Source: Mytilus californianus (taxonomy: Eukaryota). Taken from it: a stretch of 64,000 nucleotides of DNA. Location of the stretch: contig NW_026262679.1 in assembly GCF_021869535.1 (NCBI RefSeq), positions 17,174,001 to 17,238,000 on the forward strand, written 5' to 3'. Position 1 is the stretch's first letter. Each line of letters starts with the position of its first letter. The notes under the pieces are model-generated. The model was not told the DNA's origin. It saw only the letters and a program-made list of their open reading frames with translations, and did no database searches. This document shows positions 27,890 to 41,256 of this stretch, piece after piece. Position numbers and translations under genes: made by a program.

Positions 27890-30068
27890 CACGGGTGTCA
27901 TTCGGTTTATCGAGAGAAATGATCGTGAAAGAATATCTAACGGAGGTCAACTATTGCGAGACGATCGTGAAAGCTCTGGTACCGGATCGTGAAAGAAATT
28001 TAATCGAGAAAACATATGAAAAGTCAGTAAATAATCTAATTTAATTAATTACACGGACAAATTTACAACAAAATAAAACTGTCTGTCAAAATGGTCCAAC
28101 ATTATGATCAGTATGTGAGAAAATCCAGTTCTAAAAGTATATAGTTTTTACAAAACAAGAAAAGGCATATTGCTCCTCGACATTTCAGTGACATCAAAAA
28201 TGTTAACAAACATGATTTTTTTCACAAATTCGAATAAAATAAACTATTTTTCTTCGAAAAAGGGCATTCTATTTGAATGCATCAAATGGTTCTCATAGTT
28301 ATTTTGTATAAACATAATCTGAAACTTGGTAAAAAAAGAAATATTTACAGAAAATTGATATTTCGGATCGTGAAAGATCACGTACCGGTTTTTGAAGATC
28401 GTGAAAAGGATCGTGAAAGATTTGATGCTACGAAGACGTTCAAATTATTCTTCAATTATATGATAATTAATATTTGTTATTGGTATTAAAAAAAACTAAA
28501 TTGGCATGACTGAACCGGGTCTCTTTTGTTGGTAAATAGGGCTATAATCGTGCAATGCCATTGGATCTAATATCTTAAAATACCACACAGACTTGTAAAT
28601 TGTATCAATACCAGTCCATTTGTCCGTCCTTCATAAGTATTGTTTTTTTTTATACATTAAGATGTTTTATTTTGTATTTATAACTTTGAATTCTCATTTT
28701 TATGCCCATTATATTTATAAAGCTTACATACCTGTATGCTTTAAGGTCACGGTATTTGGTGTATGTTGTACATGTCTGTCTGCATGTTTCATATATGACG
28801 TCAATTGTATTTGATATATTGACTGATAGTAAGATGTCTGTGTCTGGCTGTCGGTCAGGGTTCATATACTTTCGACCTCATGTTCCAAATTAATTGGCCA
28901 AACATAACTTTTACATTTGTTTCTAAGGTACTGTAAGCATCGGAACACCTCTATTTGGTGTACGGGATTTCTGTAGAGATCTGTATGGCATGGTTCATCT
29001 GACCTTGACCTCTTTTTATGAATCATTGACAATTTTAAGCGTATGTGACACTTCTAGTAAAACCCTTAATATTACAGAAGTTCAACAAATATACTATCAT
29101 AAGTAAAGCAGACGAGACATTTCAGCATTTGCGCTCTGGTATTCTTTAGTCTGAAATATATAGTTATCTCATTGGAAATCAATCCACATCTGCTACGTTG
29201 TATACAAAGATATATAAAGTATTGTTGCACAAAATGTTGGTTATCGTTCAATCTCAAATTTTTCATGAAAGATGCTGTTTTTGCTATAAGTTTTTGGTTA
29301 ATGGTTAACTTTTTGGTTTAAACGTTGCATACCCATATTATTGGCTAAATAGTGGCGGTCTGCCTGAATTGCACTAGTCCTATTCTCAGAGCTGAATTTT
29401 TCACACTGATTTAGACACGTTTTAAGTAATTTTTTTTAACTTTAGAGGTAAAGTGTTGAATTTAAAAAAACAAATGATAGCTTTCATGTTCGTTCTTATC
29501 AAAAAAGTTACAGGCTTCAACCAGTTGTAGGTATATTAAGTGGTAAAAGAAATATTGATTTCTGATTATTAAGTCTGGTCACGCATTATCTTTCACGATC
29601 AAAATAATGCGTTGCCTGATCTTTCACGATCAAGTTTAATGAAAAATCAACAAAATTCAAGGTTTTCATAAACAAATGAACGATTTTAAGGGAAGAGCAT
29701 ACTTTTATTTTACTGTACTGTCGGACACAACAAAGATTAAATTTCAAATATATCATGATACATTGAAATACGACCATTAGCCATGCATTATGCCTTTTGT
29801 GTTTTTTCATAAAGTACTGCATATTTTCTTTATCTTATTGCACAGTAATGTTGAGGAAGTTGAATCATTTTGACAGACATATTTTTTTGTCCAGATTTGT
29901 TCCGCATTTTGAAAATTCAACGATTTTTTCACACATTCTGAAGTAGAATTTACATTTAATTACATTCACGGTCCGGTACCAGAGCTTTCACGATCGTCTC
30001 GCAATACTTGACCACCGTTATATATTCTTTCACGATCATTTCTCTCGATAAACCGAATGACACCCGTG
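27890..30068. mobile_element. 2.18-kb non-autonomous DNA transposon with ~110-bp TIRs
   Basis: CACGGGTGTCATTCGGTTTATCGAG at 27890 is mirrored at the 30068 end. GATCGTGAAAG motifs are repeated in opposite orientation in the two halves. A solo right end lies at about 15715-15782. Confidence 0.8.
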
Positions 30069-32250
30069 TATTTTTTATGTATTTTCTCTTGAATTCGAAA
30101 AGAAAATTCATTCAAAGATTGAGAAAAAAAAATAAGTGAATATTTCACAGCTCACTGTTTGTTCTATATAAACAATTCACAATTATGCGGCTTATTTCCA
30201 TTTTTCTTCAAAGAAAGTAAATAGAAGAATCCTAATGATCACAGCATTTTGGTTCGGTTTTTTTTACTAATTGAAACTTAAAAAGGCTATGACAAAGTTC
30301 ACATTATCTTTTTCAGTTTTCAACTCATAAATAAAGACTCACAGGAAAAGTAGTTATTTTTCCAATTTATGAATTTTTTAATAAAAATAGAAAATAGTCC
30401 ATTAAGCTCCCGTGGAACTAGACCAACACCATGAAGATCCCGCTACAATCTATAAAAAAAAATAGTCGGCTTGATATATTGAATATTTCATAGTTTTCAC
30501 ATTCATACCACGACCTTGCTATGATCCTGATAAGATCCTGCTACGATAGTAACACGTTCTTGTTACGATCTTGTCACGCTCTTGTTCCGTCTAATAAAAC
30601 CCTACCTCGACTTACACGATCTCTGTACGCTTCCACCAAGACCTTTCAGATCGCATTACGATCTCAATGCGAGTCTTCTTCGATCAAACCACAACTCCGC
30701 TACGTTTCCACTACGTTGTCACTGCGCTTTTCGTCCCTATACATATCTTGACTTTCCCATTGTACACACCAGTTTCCTTGAGAAAATATGCCGCCAAAGG
30801 TATCAAATACACTTAGAGGTCCCGAAAATTAAAAAAGAAAGGCAGATGGTTGGGTGGAAGGATGGCTGAATATAAAGATAGATAGTTAGATAGATAGATG
30901 GATGGATAGATTTTGCTTTTGTAATTTTCATACTTCCCTGTATACTATATATGCTAAGAACTAGTTAATATCGCACACAGTATACATCCCCCATAAAGTC
31001 CATCAAACACATTTTACTAGTACTTGAAGAAATGAAAATTAAAAAAACAAATAAACAATGGAGCTTTTAAAGAATATTGTCAACACTTTGAAAATTGAAA
31101 AAACTCATATTGAAATAGATTTCATTTCGTTATACAAATTAAAAATCAAATAAGGATGCAGATCCGAGAAATGTCAAATTTTAATTTTCAAAGGAAAATA
31201 GATACTTCTCTGTCATGGAGAACTTTTCATTTTTCAATATTTTTTAAGTAAATGTAAAAAAATCTCTATTATGGGGCATTTTTTTTAATGGTTAATTTCA
31301 AATTGAAAAATGTTGGAGTTTTTTTTCAATTTTAAAAGTCAAATTGAAAAACAATCAGTGAGACATTTTAATAATGCTATTCCAAATAAGAGAGAAAAAT
31401 CCTAAAAAGAAGCAAATATGCATTTCTGAACAATTTTTTTCTAAATTTTTTCTAGAAACTTTGCGATATCAAAAAAAGATATTGTATTCAAATTTCGAAT
31501 TTCACTTAGAAAAGGATTTGAATTGAAGAGCAATTTTCAAACTCTATTTTTCTAAATAAAATGACAAATGTTTAATTTAACATTAATGTACACAAATTTG
31601 ATACAGTATGAGTGATTGTACTATATTGTTAATTCCAATTCTGTACTGTTCATTATTTCCTCTAACTTGTTTTACTGCCAAACCCCAAAAACGGTATCAG
31701 GATACGATCTTAATGTCGATATTAACGATTTAAAAGCGCCATGTGTCGATGATGTATGATTTACATGGAGGTAAACTTGAAGTCACCCTTTATCATTTAT
31801 GGACCATATCATCAATTGGTCGACCGTTAGGGAATATCTATGTAACTGATGGCCTCGGATGTTCAAATTGTCGTCACCACAATTTCGTCCTCTTTCACTA
31901 GATTGTGACAGCACCGAATGTGACTTATTACCGGATTTTGCCCTAAATAAGCAACACGACGGGTGCCTCATGAAGAGCAGGAACTATTTATTCTTCAAGA
32001 GCACCTGCGTTTATCCCTGGTGTTTTGGTAGTTTCGTGCTACTCAGTTTTAGCTTTCTTTATATTTTTTTTTTGTAGAACATTAAAAATTTTCTTCTTTT
32101 CGTCGATTTCCATTCTTTTGCCATGGCGTTGTCAGTTTTTGTTCGCCTTATGAGTTTTGAATATCAGTCTCTGTTTCATAACTTAAGGGGAATGAACACG
32201 TCTAATAAAACTGTGGGAACGCTATTAATGTTTAAAACATTGGTTTTCAG

Positions 32251-32382
32251 AATCCAACAACTCAAGCAGAGAAGATGATATTTATTATGGTAGCACATTG
32301 CATTCTGAATCAACAATTCAGAGACCTATATTCGGTACTAATGATTATATGAAAGGCGTAATAAGTAACACGTGGATGAAAG
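32251..32382 (+). CDS. Sema domain exon 5 (SNNSSREDDIYYGSTLHSESTIQRPIFGTNDYMKGVISNTWMK)
   Basis: ttttcag acceptor, G|GTATAC donor, phase 1-1. Matches the Sema pattern .Y.G....I.R....W+..P.FV. Confidence 0.85.
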
Positions 32383-33072
32383 GTATACTTAAATATAGTC
32401 TTAAAAGTAACCTGCATTTTTCATATAAAAAGAAAAAAAAGGCGTTAATGTAAAGCAGTTGATGAAGACTAAAATAATGTTTGTAGTATTTTAGCTTAAT
32501 TATTATATATGTCAATAAATTAGTTGAATACGTATTAATAAATCTACTTAAAGAGTTACCAGGGAAAATGTCATTTTTTGATTATCTATCTGTACCAACT
32601 TACAAACCGGTATTTATAAAAAAAATTAAAAAAGGGGGAGGGGGGATGGCATTAAGACAAATTATTTACTCTGGATGAGATCTGTCTTGTCTTGATGAAA
32701 AAAATGTAACGAGAAACAGGGATACACCGGCCGATGTAACTAAGATCTTTTGAAAAACACAATGACTAAGCAAAACTCATATCAATGATTTGAAACAAAA
32801 CCTGCAGTAATGTTGTATATATAAAGGTATAGTTAAATTATGTCCAAATATTAAAATCGATAAAGAAGACAAATCAAGTTAACAAACAAAAACTGAGGGA
32901 ACCGCGTGAACTTTTAAAGAAGCGAGACCGGGTTCGTCGACAGGGTAAGCGTCTCCTGTTATACAAACATCAACCGCCAGACAATCCAAACTCAGTGAGA
33001 ATGTCAAAATCTAGAATATGACACAGTCGGTAAACACACATTGAATTCGAGCTTTACAATGTTTTTTATTAG

Positions 33073-33194
33073 ATCCACAGTTCGTAGGCTCTTTTGATGT
33101 TGATGACAGAGTGCTCTTTTTCTTCCGAGAGACAGCTGTAGATGTACCTCCAAACGATAACAAAGTTTACTCCAGAGTTTCCAAAGTCTGTAAG
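33073..33194 (+). CDS. Sema domain exon 6 (DPQFVGSFDVDDRVLFFFRETAVDVPPNDNKVYSRVSKVCK)
   Basis: ttattag acceptor, AAG|GTAACA donor, phase 1-0, highly conserved semaphorin motif. Confidence 0.95.
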
Positions 33195-35719
33195 GTAACA
33201 AATATATCCACATTTTTTTTAGAATTTAACGAACAGTATATTTATGCATTTGATTCATGTTACTGTTTTGGTTGGACTAGTATGTGCCTTTCTATTCGTC
33301 TTTTGTAAGCAATTTTTATTTGTACTCTACGATAATTTCAAATAACATCAATAATCCTTATGTGTGGTAAACAATATAACTACCTGTAAACAAAGATAGT
33401 GATATACAACCACTGACCGTATACATTTACTGACAACCTATTTGTGAAGGTGGCACTATGTTTCCGCCGACTGTTTTTCAGTAGCATTTTATGTTCTAAT
33501 ATCTCAATCGCGTCAGACTAGTTCGTAGCAGTGTTTTATGCATGGAATTATAATTAAACACCTGTCGTATTTTTCTGTTTTTCATTCATAAGTCATGCAA
33601 TGAAAGACCATTTCAACTTTATTTGTATAATTTTAAATTAGATGAAATCCGACCTTCTTCGATAAGACAACTATACTACACCAAGAAAAGCTGGAAAAAA
33701 ACTATTTGAACAAATGTTATGTGATATTTCATTGCTACATATATTGAACCATAAGAAAGACAAGTCTGCATCAATGGCATAGGTTACATCTTTTTCGGCT
33801 CCGTGCTTAATATGTTGTTCGTTCGAATGTAAACAAGGTGCTTTCCTAATCCTTTTCATCACTTTTAACGACAATAATACTGACAAAAAGGAAACTCTCT
33901 TACAAAAGATGCATCTTTCAATTATTGTTTACACATTTTAGAAATCTTGATTTGCAGATTTAAAAAAAAATCCTATTAAATTGGTAAGATATTGAAATGT
34001 GTGGTAGTGTTAGATTTCTTTAACCAATCCGACATGTTACACTCTACTGCTACTCATAGTAAATGCTGATACAACTACATGTACACATTTATTCATTATT
34101 TAGAATCATTTGTAACAGCATCATCAACCCTTTGCACTATATTTCATTCAAAATATATATGGAGCCTGTTATCATCACAGCGTTATCAGCAGTTTTGTGA
34201 ATAGACCCAATATCTAATTTTACGTTAGTGCACCGTTTTCAGAATAACGATTTTTTTCACTTAATAACATTTTCAATGACCCTGCCCAACGAGCGTCGCT
34301 TTTCTCTTTGTTTCTAAAGCTCGTACATACAGATTTTATATTATCCTACAATGCACGAATTAATTTTTTCGATATTCAAGTTCAGTTCCTCGTTCTCTAG
34401 TTGCATACAAAATTTCATAAATCTCCATCGCTCATTTGCTTCTTCTTACCTTATCCAACTTATGAAATCTTCTTCTATATACACAATAACAACTGACATT
34501 ATATTAGCATGCATGTTAAAAAATAATAAATAATAAATTAAGAATAGATACAATCTGATACATTATGAAAACAACTGCAGTTTTTGATTAATTTTGCAAT
34601 CATTATATGCAGTCAAAATTGTAACAAAAAATGTGTAAGTTCCAAGTCATTTTCTGTGTATGTTAAGAATCATCTGTACTGTGTGTTCATCTGTTTGTTT
34701 GTTTGTTTGTTTGTATGTTTTATTTTATGTTAATTTTTCTTTTCCACAAAAATTGTTATTAATATCGGTAAACTATCAACTACATTTGAGTGCAGAAGAA
34801 AAAAACAATAAAGTTCTTCGACTGACAGATTTGTGTAGTAAACTGTATAAAGAATGGATTCGAAGATCAGTATGTTGACGAATTCTAAGGCTTTTACAAT
34901 TTATATTGAAATTTAACCTCTCAAGTCAGCTATTCTAAACCATTTTCTATATCGAGACTTGCCATACAGATACACAAAATATGTATACTATTCGTTTTGT
35001 CAAGTTACCGGTCAACTGAATGAGTAACTAAAAAATGAATAAAAAACATAGAAAGGTCGACGCTTGGCATCAAAAATCACTCTCTTACTCGAAATTGGAC
35101 TCGAACTCCCAACTTTTAACTCGAATTCTACCTCAAACTTTAACTCGCTGGTTAGCCAAACTCATAAATGTCTTCTTTGTTTTACCAAAATATTTTACGA
35201 TCTATGAGGAATATCAAAACAACTATATTTTTGTTATTAAGAGAAATTGATTCATTAAATGTGTAGATAATAAATTATTTTAAAAATGGTGTTGGCACAT
35301 TTAAAAGGCTTACTCAATTTACAGGTCCAAGGGGTATCAAGACAAATGCTGAAGTGTGTTGAGCAAACGCGTAATAAAAATCATTCTTCTTTTGGCCTAA
35401 ACAAAATTGAGAATGATCTTATTTCTTGACGTATTTGTCATGACTTACATCAGTTAGGCATTGTGAGGTAATATTAATCAGCCCATCGGTTATTTCAAAA
35501 GTTAGTCCCTAGACAAAACACCTACGGTAAAGTACTTTAAATTACTAAAATAAGAACATTCTATTCTACATTTTCTACATTTTTCTGGCGTCTAACACGC
35601 GACTCTACACTAAGAGTAGATGTGAATGCAGTCACAGGACTTTAAATATTTCAAGCCTTTATGGGTTGATTTTAAAATACATATATAAGTAAGCAATGAA
35701 TGTGGTTGTTAAATTTGAT

Positions 35720-36075
35720 AGATGCTTTTTGTGCTTCTTTGTTAAATGTTTGTATGTTTTGAGATTGTGACACAGTGATGACTGCTGTACCCATATTTTG
35801 ACAATGTTACCTATTATGTCTGTTTTGTTCACGCATCGTTGTAAATATAATGGAATTTGATGCGACTGTCATACAAGTGAGAGGTTTAGCGCTATAAAAC
35901 CAGGTTCTATCCACCATTTTCTACATTTGAAAATGCCTGTACCAAGTCAGGAATATGACAGTTGTTGTCCATTCGTTTGATGTGTTTTATCATTTGATTA
36001 TGCCATTTGATTAGGGACTTTCCGTTTTGAATTATCCTCGGAGTTCAGTATTTTTGTGATTTTGCTTTTTTCTAA
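35720..36075 (+). repeat. Abundant dispersed repeat (...ATGCCTGTACCAAGTCAGGAATATGACAG...GAGTTCAGTATTTTTGTGATTTT)
   Basis: Related segments at about 2870-2985, 6195-6360 (minus), 9420-9610 (minus), 20340-20540, 48780-48950 and 57880-58325 (minus). Unclassified. Confidence 0.65.
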
Positions 36076-36628
36076 AGTAAATGACAAAAAAATCATAAAA
36101 ACGATATAACACATAGAATAACAAAACTCTGATAATATAGTGTTGGATTTTTAATTTTGATGACGATTATATTTTAAGGAAGGTCACATCTAATACATTG
36201 TGACAACTAGAAATTAACTCTTTCATCGCACACTATATCTGTTAATTGATATTTGAATTTACTTTGAGGTTATTTAAGAAGGCAAAAGGAAACGTTTATT
36301 CCTTATAAAAATATAATTATACTATGCAAATAAAATGTCCGTGACAACAGTATCAAATTCCGAGTTATTGTATAAAAACGAGTGACTTGTCTTTTAGATA
36401 TATTTCAGTATAGCCATATTTCGATGGAATTTTAGATGTTTAGTCAGATTGCCTTGTGTTTTTCCATGGTAACACAAGTAATTTTTGTGCTGTACCAAGT
36501 TCGTTCACTCGTCGATTAGAATATGACTTCTGAATTTCCGGTGTATACAAAATGGTCCTGCTTACATGTATTAAAATATTTATCAATCATATCAAAATTT
36601 GGTGTTATAGAAAATATATATTTTATAG

Positions 36629-36737
36629 AAAGACGTCGGCGGAAATTCGTTACTGAGAAACAAATGGACGAGCTACCAAAAGGCAAGACTTATCTGTTCT
36701 ATTCCTGGGTCATATCCGATATATTTTGATTTCATAC
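36629..36737 (+). CDS. Sema domain exon 7 ([36 protein letters not shown])
   Basis: tttatag acceptor, C|GTAAGT donor, phase 0-1, KD.GG...WT.+.KARL.CS.PG..P.YF motif. Confidence 0.95.
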
Positions 36738-38718
36738 GTAAGTATATTTTTTTATGATTTTCCTGGACTAGATATGATATATTTTCCTCGCTAATTCCTG
36801 TTTTCATATCTGATTTAACTCATATCTACTTTATACATTGACTCAAAGGAACAAATAAAAGCGATTAACTATGAAAAAAGCGACGATTTCATTTATCCTC
36901 CCATTCTTGAGTAATTACATCGCCTGTATATGTACCCTAGTACATGGGGTCTATGTATGTGTACCCAAAAACGACGGGATTTTAGAAGCATGGTTGCATA
37001 AAAGACATGTGCCTTCGTTCTAGCAGTACATGTAAAACCGGGGGTGCTTCCGTTTTGGCTATACGGGATGTATAGATACACAACAAATTCCCGTTTGACT
37101 GGAGACTATGATTTTCATTAACTTGTAAGATTGTGTCAAACTTATGTAACACTTCTTCGGGTGCGTTGAAAAGCAGATGTGATTCAACATTTCTTCCCAG
37201 TAGTTATCATGCCCAAATTCCCCGCCCCGGATGATTTCGTTTGAAAAAATAACCACTTGATATATTGTTGAATTTGTTCTCGTCCTTAATATGAACATTT
37301 TGATTAATAAATTTTTTTGTTTTACTAGCTAGAGGAGTATATTAGGCTGTCGTAAATCTTAATTTATATTCTTGTTTCACTACGTTTAGTTTTTTTGGAG
37401 AGACGTTACTAAGTTGTTAAAAATGTTTCTGATCCATTTGTCATTTTGAACAATAAAATATGTTTAAATAACGTTTAGAGTTCATTTAATTAAGTGTATT
37501 TCACTCGCATATGTGCCTGTCTCAACTTGTCTATTACACACCGGTATACACTTTTATTTACTAGTATAATTTAAGCCACGTTTTGATAGCTGAAAAATGT
37601 TAGTAATTTGAAAGATGTGTTATTGATCTTTTTTGAGAATTATCAAAATGAATATATAGCGTTGTTTAAAGAGACACTATGTGAAAGAGAGGCGAAAGAT
37701 ACCAAAGGGATATTCAAACTCATAAGTCGAAAACAAACTGACAATATCATGGAAGAAAACGAAACACGACGAAAAGACAAACAATAGTATACAAAACACG
37801 ACATAGAAAACTAAAGACTGAGCAATGTTATGTAGGTATCCAGTAAAGGAGATGAAGAACCATTTTTCTTTGATTGAAATTCACTCACTGTAACACTTCA
37901 ACAAACAAATGTATGATTTTTGAATTTTTCTCCTTCAGAAATGTCTTTAGGTTATAATATATAGGATTACTAAGTAAATGATCAATATAATGTTTTCCTT
38001 TATTCAGAGTTTTATATACAATTAATTACACACGAAAACCAAAGTTGTTTTGTTTTGAACTATGTCATTTTTTGGAATGATGACTGTCTGGAATAAAACA
38101 TGTGAGTGCACGAATTTAATATTATACAATTATCGACTTTTGATCAGGTTGACACAATGTTTTATCAACTTAACCCAGAGGTATGATATTCAACGAGGCC
38201 AATGGCCGAGGGAAAAAGGCATATCTCTGGGGTTGATAATGCATTGTATCAACTGATATCAAAAAGTCGACAATTGTTTTATAAATTATTATATTACTTT
38301 TTCACCCATCTCCAATTTCTAGTATTTTCTCAAGATATTTAACTCTCCTTATACACTAAATATATTATTTGCTTTGTCAGTTTCTTAACTTTTAAAAAGT
38401 TGAAATATTTAATAAAATTTATTGAAAAAAAATAACATCGACAAAAAGAAGAAGAAAAACGAGAATGTGTATGACGTCATAAGCCTACGTTATTGACGTT
38501 GCCTAGGATAAAACTATTTATAGTTCCAAATCTTATATTACACAAAACGTTATGTAACGGTATTATAAATTTACCTTTTATGATTTTTCCCACGGTGAAT
38601 ATTATGTTTTTAGTTATCTAAGATAAAAAGATGTTTTAGCCAATGAGAAAAGAGAATTTTTATAGTCATGTGATAAGTTATTTGATATGAATTAAATTGT
38701 TTGTTCATTTATTTGTAG

Positions 38719-38770
38719 AGGATGTAGTTACGATAGATAACAACATTTTTTATGGGTTGTTTACGACCAG
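38719..38770 (+). CDS. Sema domain exon 8 (QDVVTIDNNIFYGLFTTR)
   Basis: tttgtag acceptor, AG|GTTTGT donor, phase 1-2, YG+FTT motif. Confidence 0.9.
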
Positions 38771-39040
38771 GTTTGTATAGAACATAAAAACTAATTATTT
38801 CCGTTAACTTAGTTTTTGTTCTCTAGAAAACTAATTCAATTAAGAAAATCATACATGTGTATTGTAAAGTTGATTGGCTGTTGAAAGAACTACTTGATAT
38901 ATTTACTTTGCATAAATCAAGTTAGATATACAAATGTGCATTTTTGCCGAACCCAGGATTTGAACAGAATGTATATACTATAGATTTATTTTGAAAGAAC
39001 TTTTTTTTATTATCATTGAATCAATGATTTTATCTTTCAG

Positions 39041-39182
39041 AACTGGAAATCCTGCTTCAGCCATATGCGCATTCAGTTTAGCAGAAATTGACAAAGTTTA
39101 TAAAGGTTCATTCAAAGATCAGCCCGATTCTAACTCATATTGGAAGGAGAAAAAAACGTCGTTAGACCCTAGACCGGGACAG
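39041..39182 (+). CDS. Sema domain exon 9 (TGNPASAICAFSLAEIDKVYKGSFKDQPDSNSYWKEKKTSLDPRPGQ)
   Basis: tctttcag acceptor, CAG|GTTAGG donor, phase 2-0, SA+C.F, G.FK.Q, W and PRPG motifs. Confidence 0.95.
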
Positions 39183-39444
39183 GTTAGGCTAGTTGTCTGT
39201 TTATATATACAATGTATATATATTTACGCATATATAAAGTGCCTAGAAAATCGACCTAACAATTAATGTTAGGGTAGATCTTATTCTTTACTTCCTCCCC
39301 CAGCGGGTCTGGACCTGTACTTTTTCACTTCATACTTCAACACCGCCTAGCATTGCGCAGACGCCTTATCCCCTCCTCTAACTATAGCTGCTATATATAT
39401 ATATATATATATATAAATTGTTTTATAACACTTATGTATACAAG

Positions 39445-39494
39445 TCACATTACCTGAAGATCTGCGAAAGCAGTGAAAGCCCTAGTAAAAGTGA
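39445..39494 (+). ncRNA. Candidate type I hammerhead ribozyme, third sequence type
   Basis: TCAC-A-TTAC-CTGAAGA-T-CTGC/GAAA/GCAG-T-GAAA-GCCC-TA-GTAA-AA-GTGA. Intact core, GNRA-capped stem II and bulged stem I; stem III is one base away from the palindrome AGCGCT. Confidence 0.65.
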
Positions 39495-39904
39495 TGAATT
39501 AAACTGTTATTATCTTTTATTAATTTTCTTAAATGTATATATATGTAGAAAAAGTACAGGTTACAGCCCCGGTTGGGGAGGAAGAAAATAATCAGATCTA
39601 CTGTAACAATGTTATGTTGATTTTCTGGACACTTTACATATATATATGTAAATGCCTAAGAATGTAACTTTAACACGCTAATGATTGCTATAAAAATAGT
39701 TGTTATATTTTATATATTCACGCAATATTTAGCTAAATAAATAAGCCGTTCATCAGTCGCCTGCAGCCATCCAGGTAAACGGGGATGCTGTTAAGAAATA
39801 TAAGCAGCTTATCGTACATTCTTTTTAATATATTTTTGCAGCTAATTGTACATTGTGTTTAACAAATAAAAAGACAATTGTACTATGTGTTAGTTAAATA
39901 GTAT

Positions 39905-40450
39905 GAAGTTCAAGATTTATTTCTTTGGTTTTTGATAAAACTGTTTTTCACCTCTTTCATTCTGTCCGTCAGGTTCGAGAGTACGTAGCTGATGCATCCA
40001 AAATATCTCTCTGTGTGTGTGTCCCAAGTTTGGTTAACCTCTGTTTTTTTGAAAGATGATATTTTCAAAGAATGTCCTGTTCTTAAGAGGTGTCTCGTGA
40101 TTGGGCAATTTCTTCCTTTGGTTTAAAATGACAGGTGAATATTTAGGAATGTTTTGCCAACATATTGCAGCTTGCAAGTTCCACAAGTAAGAATATAAAT
40201 ACCATTTTCCGTTTACCAGTCAGGTGTTACATAGATTGTATATCTGCGTTGTTACTGTGCAGGTGAAAGTGTTTTCAGTGTTGGTGACTTTATAGCACTT
40301 ACAATTGCTTCTTCCACATTGTTTGTAGCATCCGATTTTAGAGGTCTCTTTTATTACCTAGATGTAACTAGTATATCTTTGAGATTCTTGGGTCTGTGAT
40401 AAGCAATAACTGGAGGTGATGGAAACATGTATTTTATTTGACGAGGATCT
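39905..40450 (-). mobile_element. Penelope-like element remnant with C-terminal GIY-YIG endonuclease
   Basis: Minus strand gives FPSPPVIAYHRPKNLKDILVTS, then CYKQCGRSNCKC, then ENGIYILTCGTCKLQYVGKT (40141-40209), with stops and frameshifts. Confidence 0.85.
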
Positions 40451-40453
40451 TTA

Positions 40454-40981
40454 TATATGTAGGACTCGGAGGTGCGATGGGGACGCTGAAGTGCGATAGT
40501 CACGCTGAAGTGCGATGGTCTGCGCTGAAGTGCGATGCCCATTCGCTCGTTTACCGTTATATTATAATAAGGAGAGTCTGCGGACATGTATATATTTAGA
40601 GAATGCCACGTTCCATCGTACGTAACAAAACTTTTTGCAGATTTCGAAAAAAAATCCGCTACAGAAGTATAACTTTCCTCTCTCCCCCAATCAAACACCG
40701 TTTCCCATAGTATTAAAAGTGTACAAACCCCTTATTAACTTAAAAATCCGAAAAAAATCCTTCTTACAAACTAATTGGCGTCTATGTCGACATGAAAAGC
40801 ATTGAAAATATAGTTTATGTAGTCCATCGCACTTCAGCGTTACCACCATCGCACTTCGGCGTAGTTATCTACAATATAACGTCACAATGCCACCATCGTA
40901 CTTCAGTGTGATCAAAAACGCACCTCAGCGTCAAACCATCGCACATTAGAGTGACCATCGCGGTTCAGAGTCCTACATATA
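40454..40981. mobile_element. MITE with 14-bp perfect terminal inverted repeats and subterminal GCTGAAGTGCGATGG-like repeats
   Basis: TATATGTAGGACTC (40454-40467) is inverted at GAGTCCTACATATA (40968-40981). The repeated motif is in opposite orientation at the two ends. Confidence 0.8.
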
Positions 40982-41212
40982 AATTTGTTTTACATGCACA
41001 CGTATAAAAATTGCGGTTTTTATCCAACGCAATCATAGGTTTGAACGTTGTTTTCAATTTAGACTTGTTTATATTTTATCGTTTGGGCTTGTATTATATA
41101 TTTCCTTCGGGTTTATATGATCCGTTCATCCTATTTCGACTCTTTAAAATTCAAGAGTCTATCCTAAATTGAGATAAATTATATGGCCTTTTAAATACCG
41201 TTTCGATCCTTA

Positions 41213-41256
41213 ACATCACTGAAGAGACATTAATTGTCGAAATCCGGATATGGTGT
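41213..41256 (+). ncRNA. Type I hammerhead ribozyme (536-bp family), tandem copy 1
   Basis: Same 44-nt motif with an intact core. Predicted cut after 41250. Confidence 0.92.
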
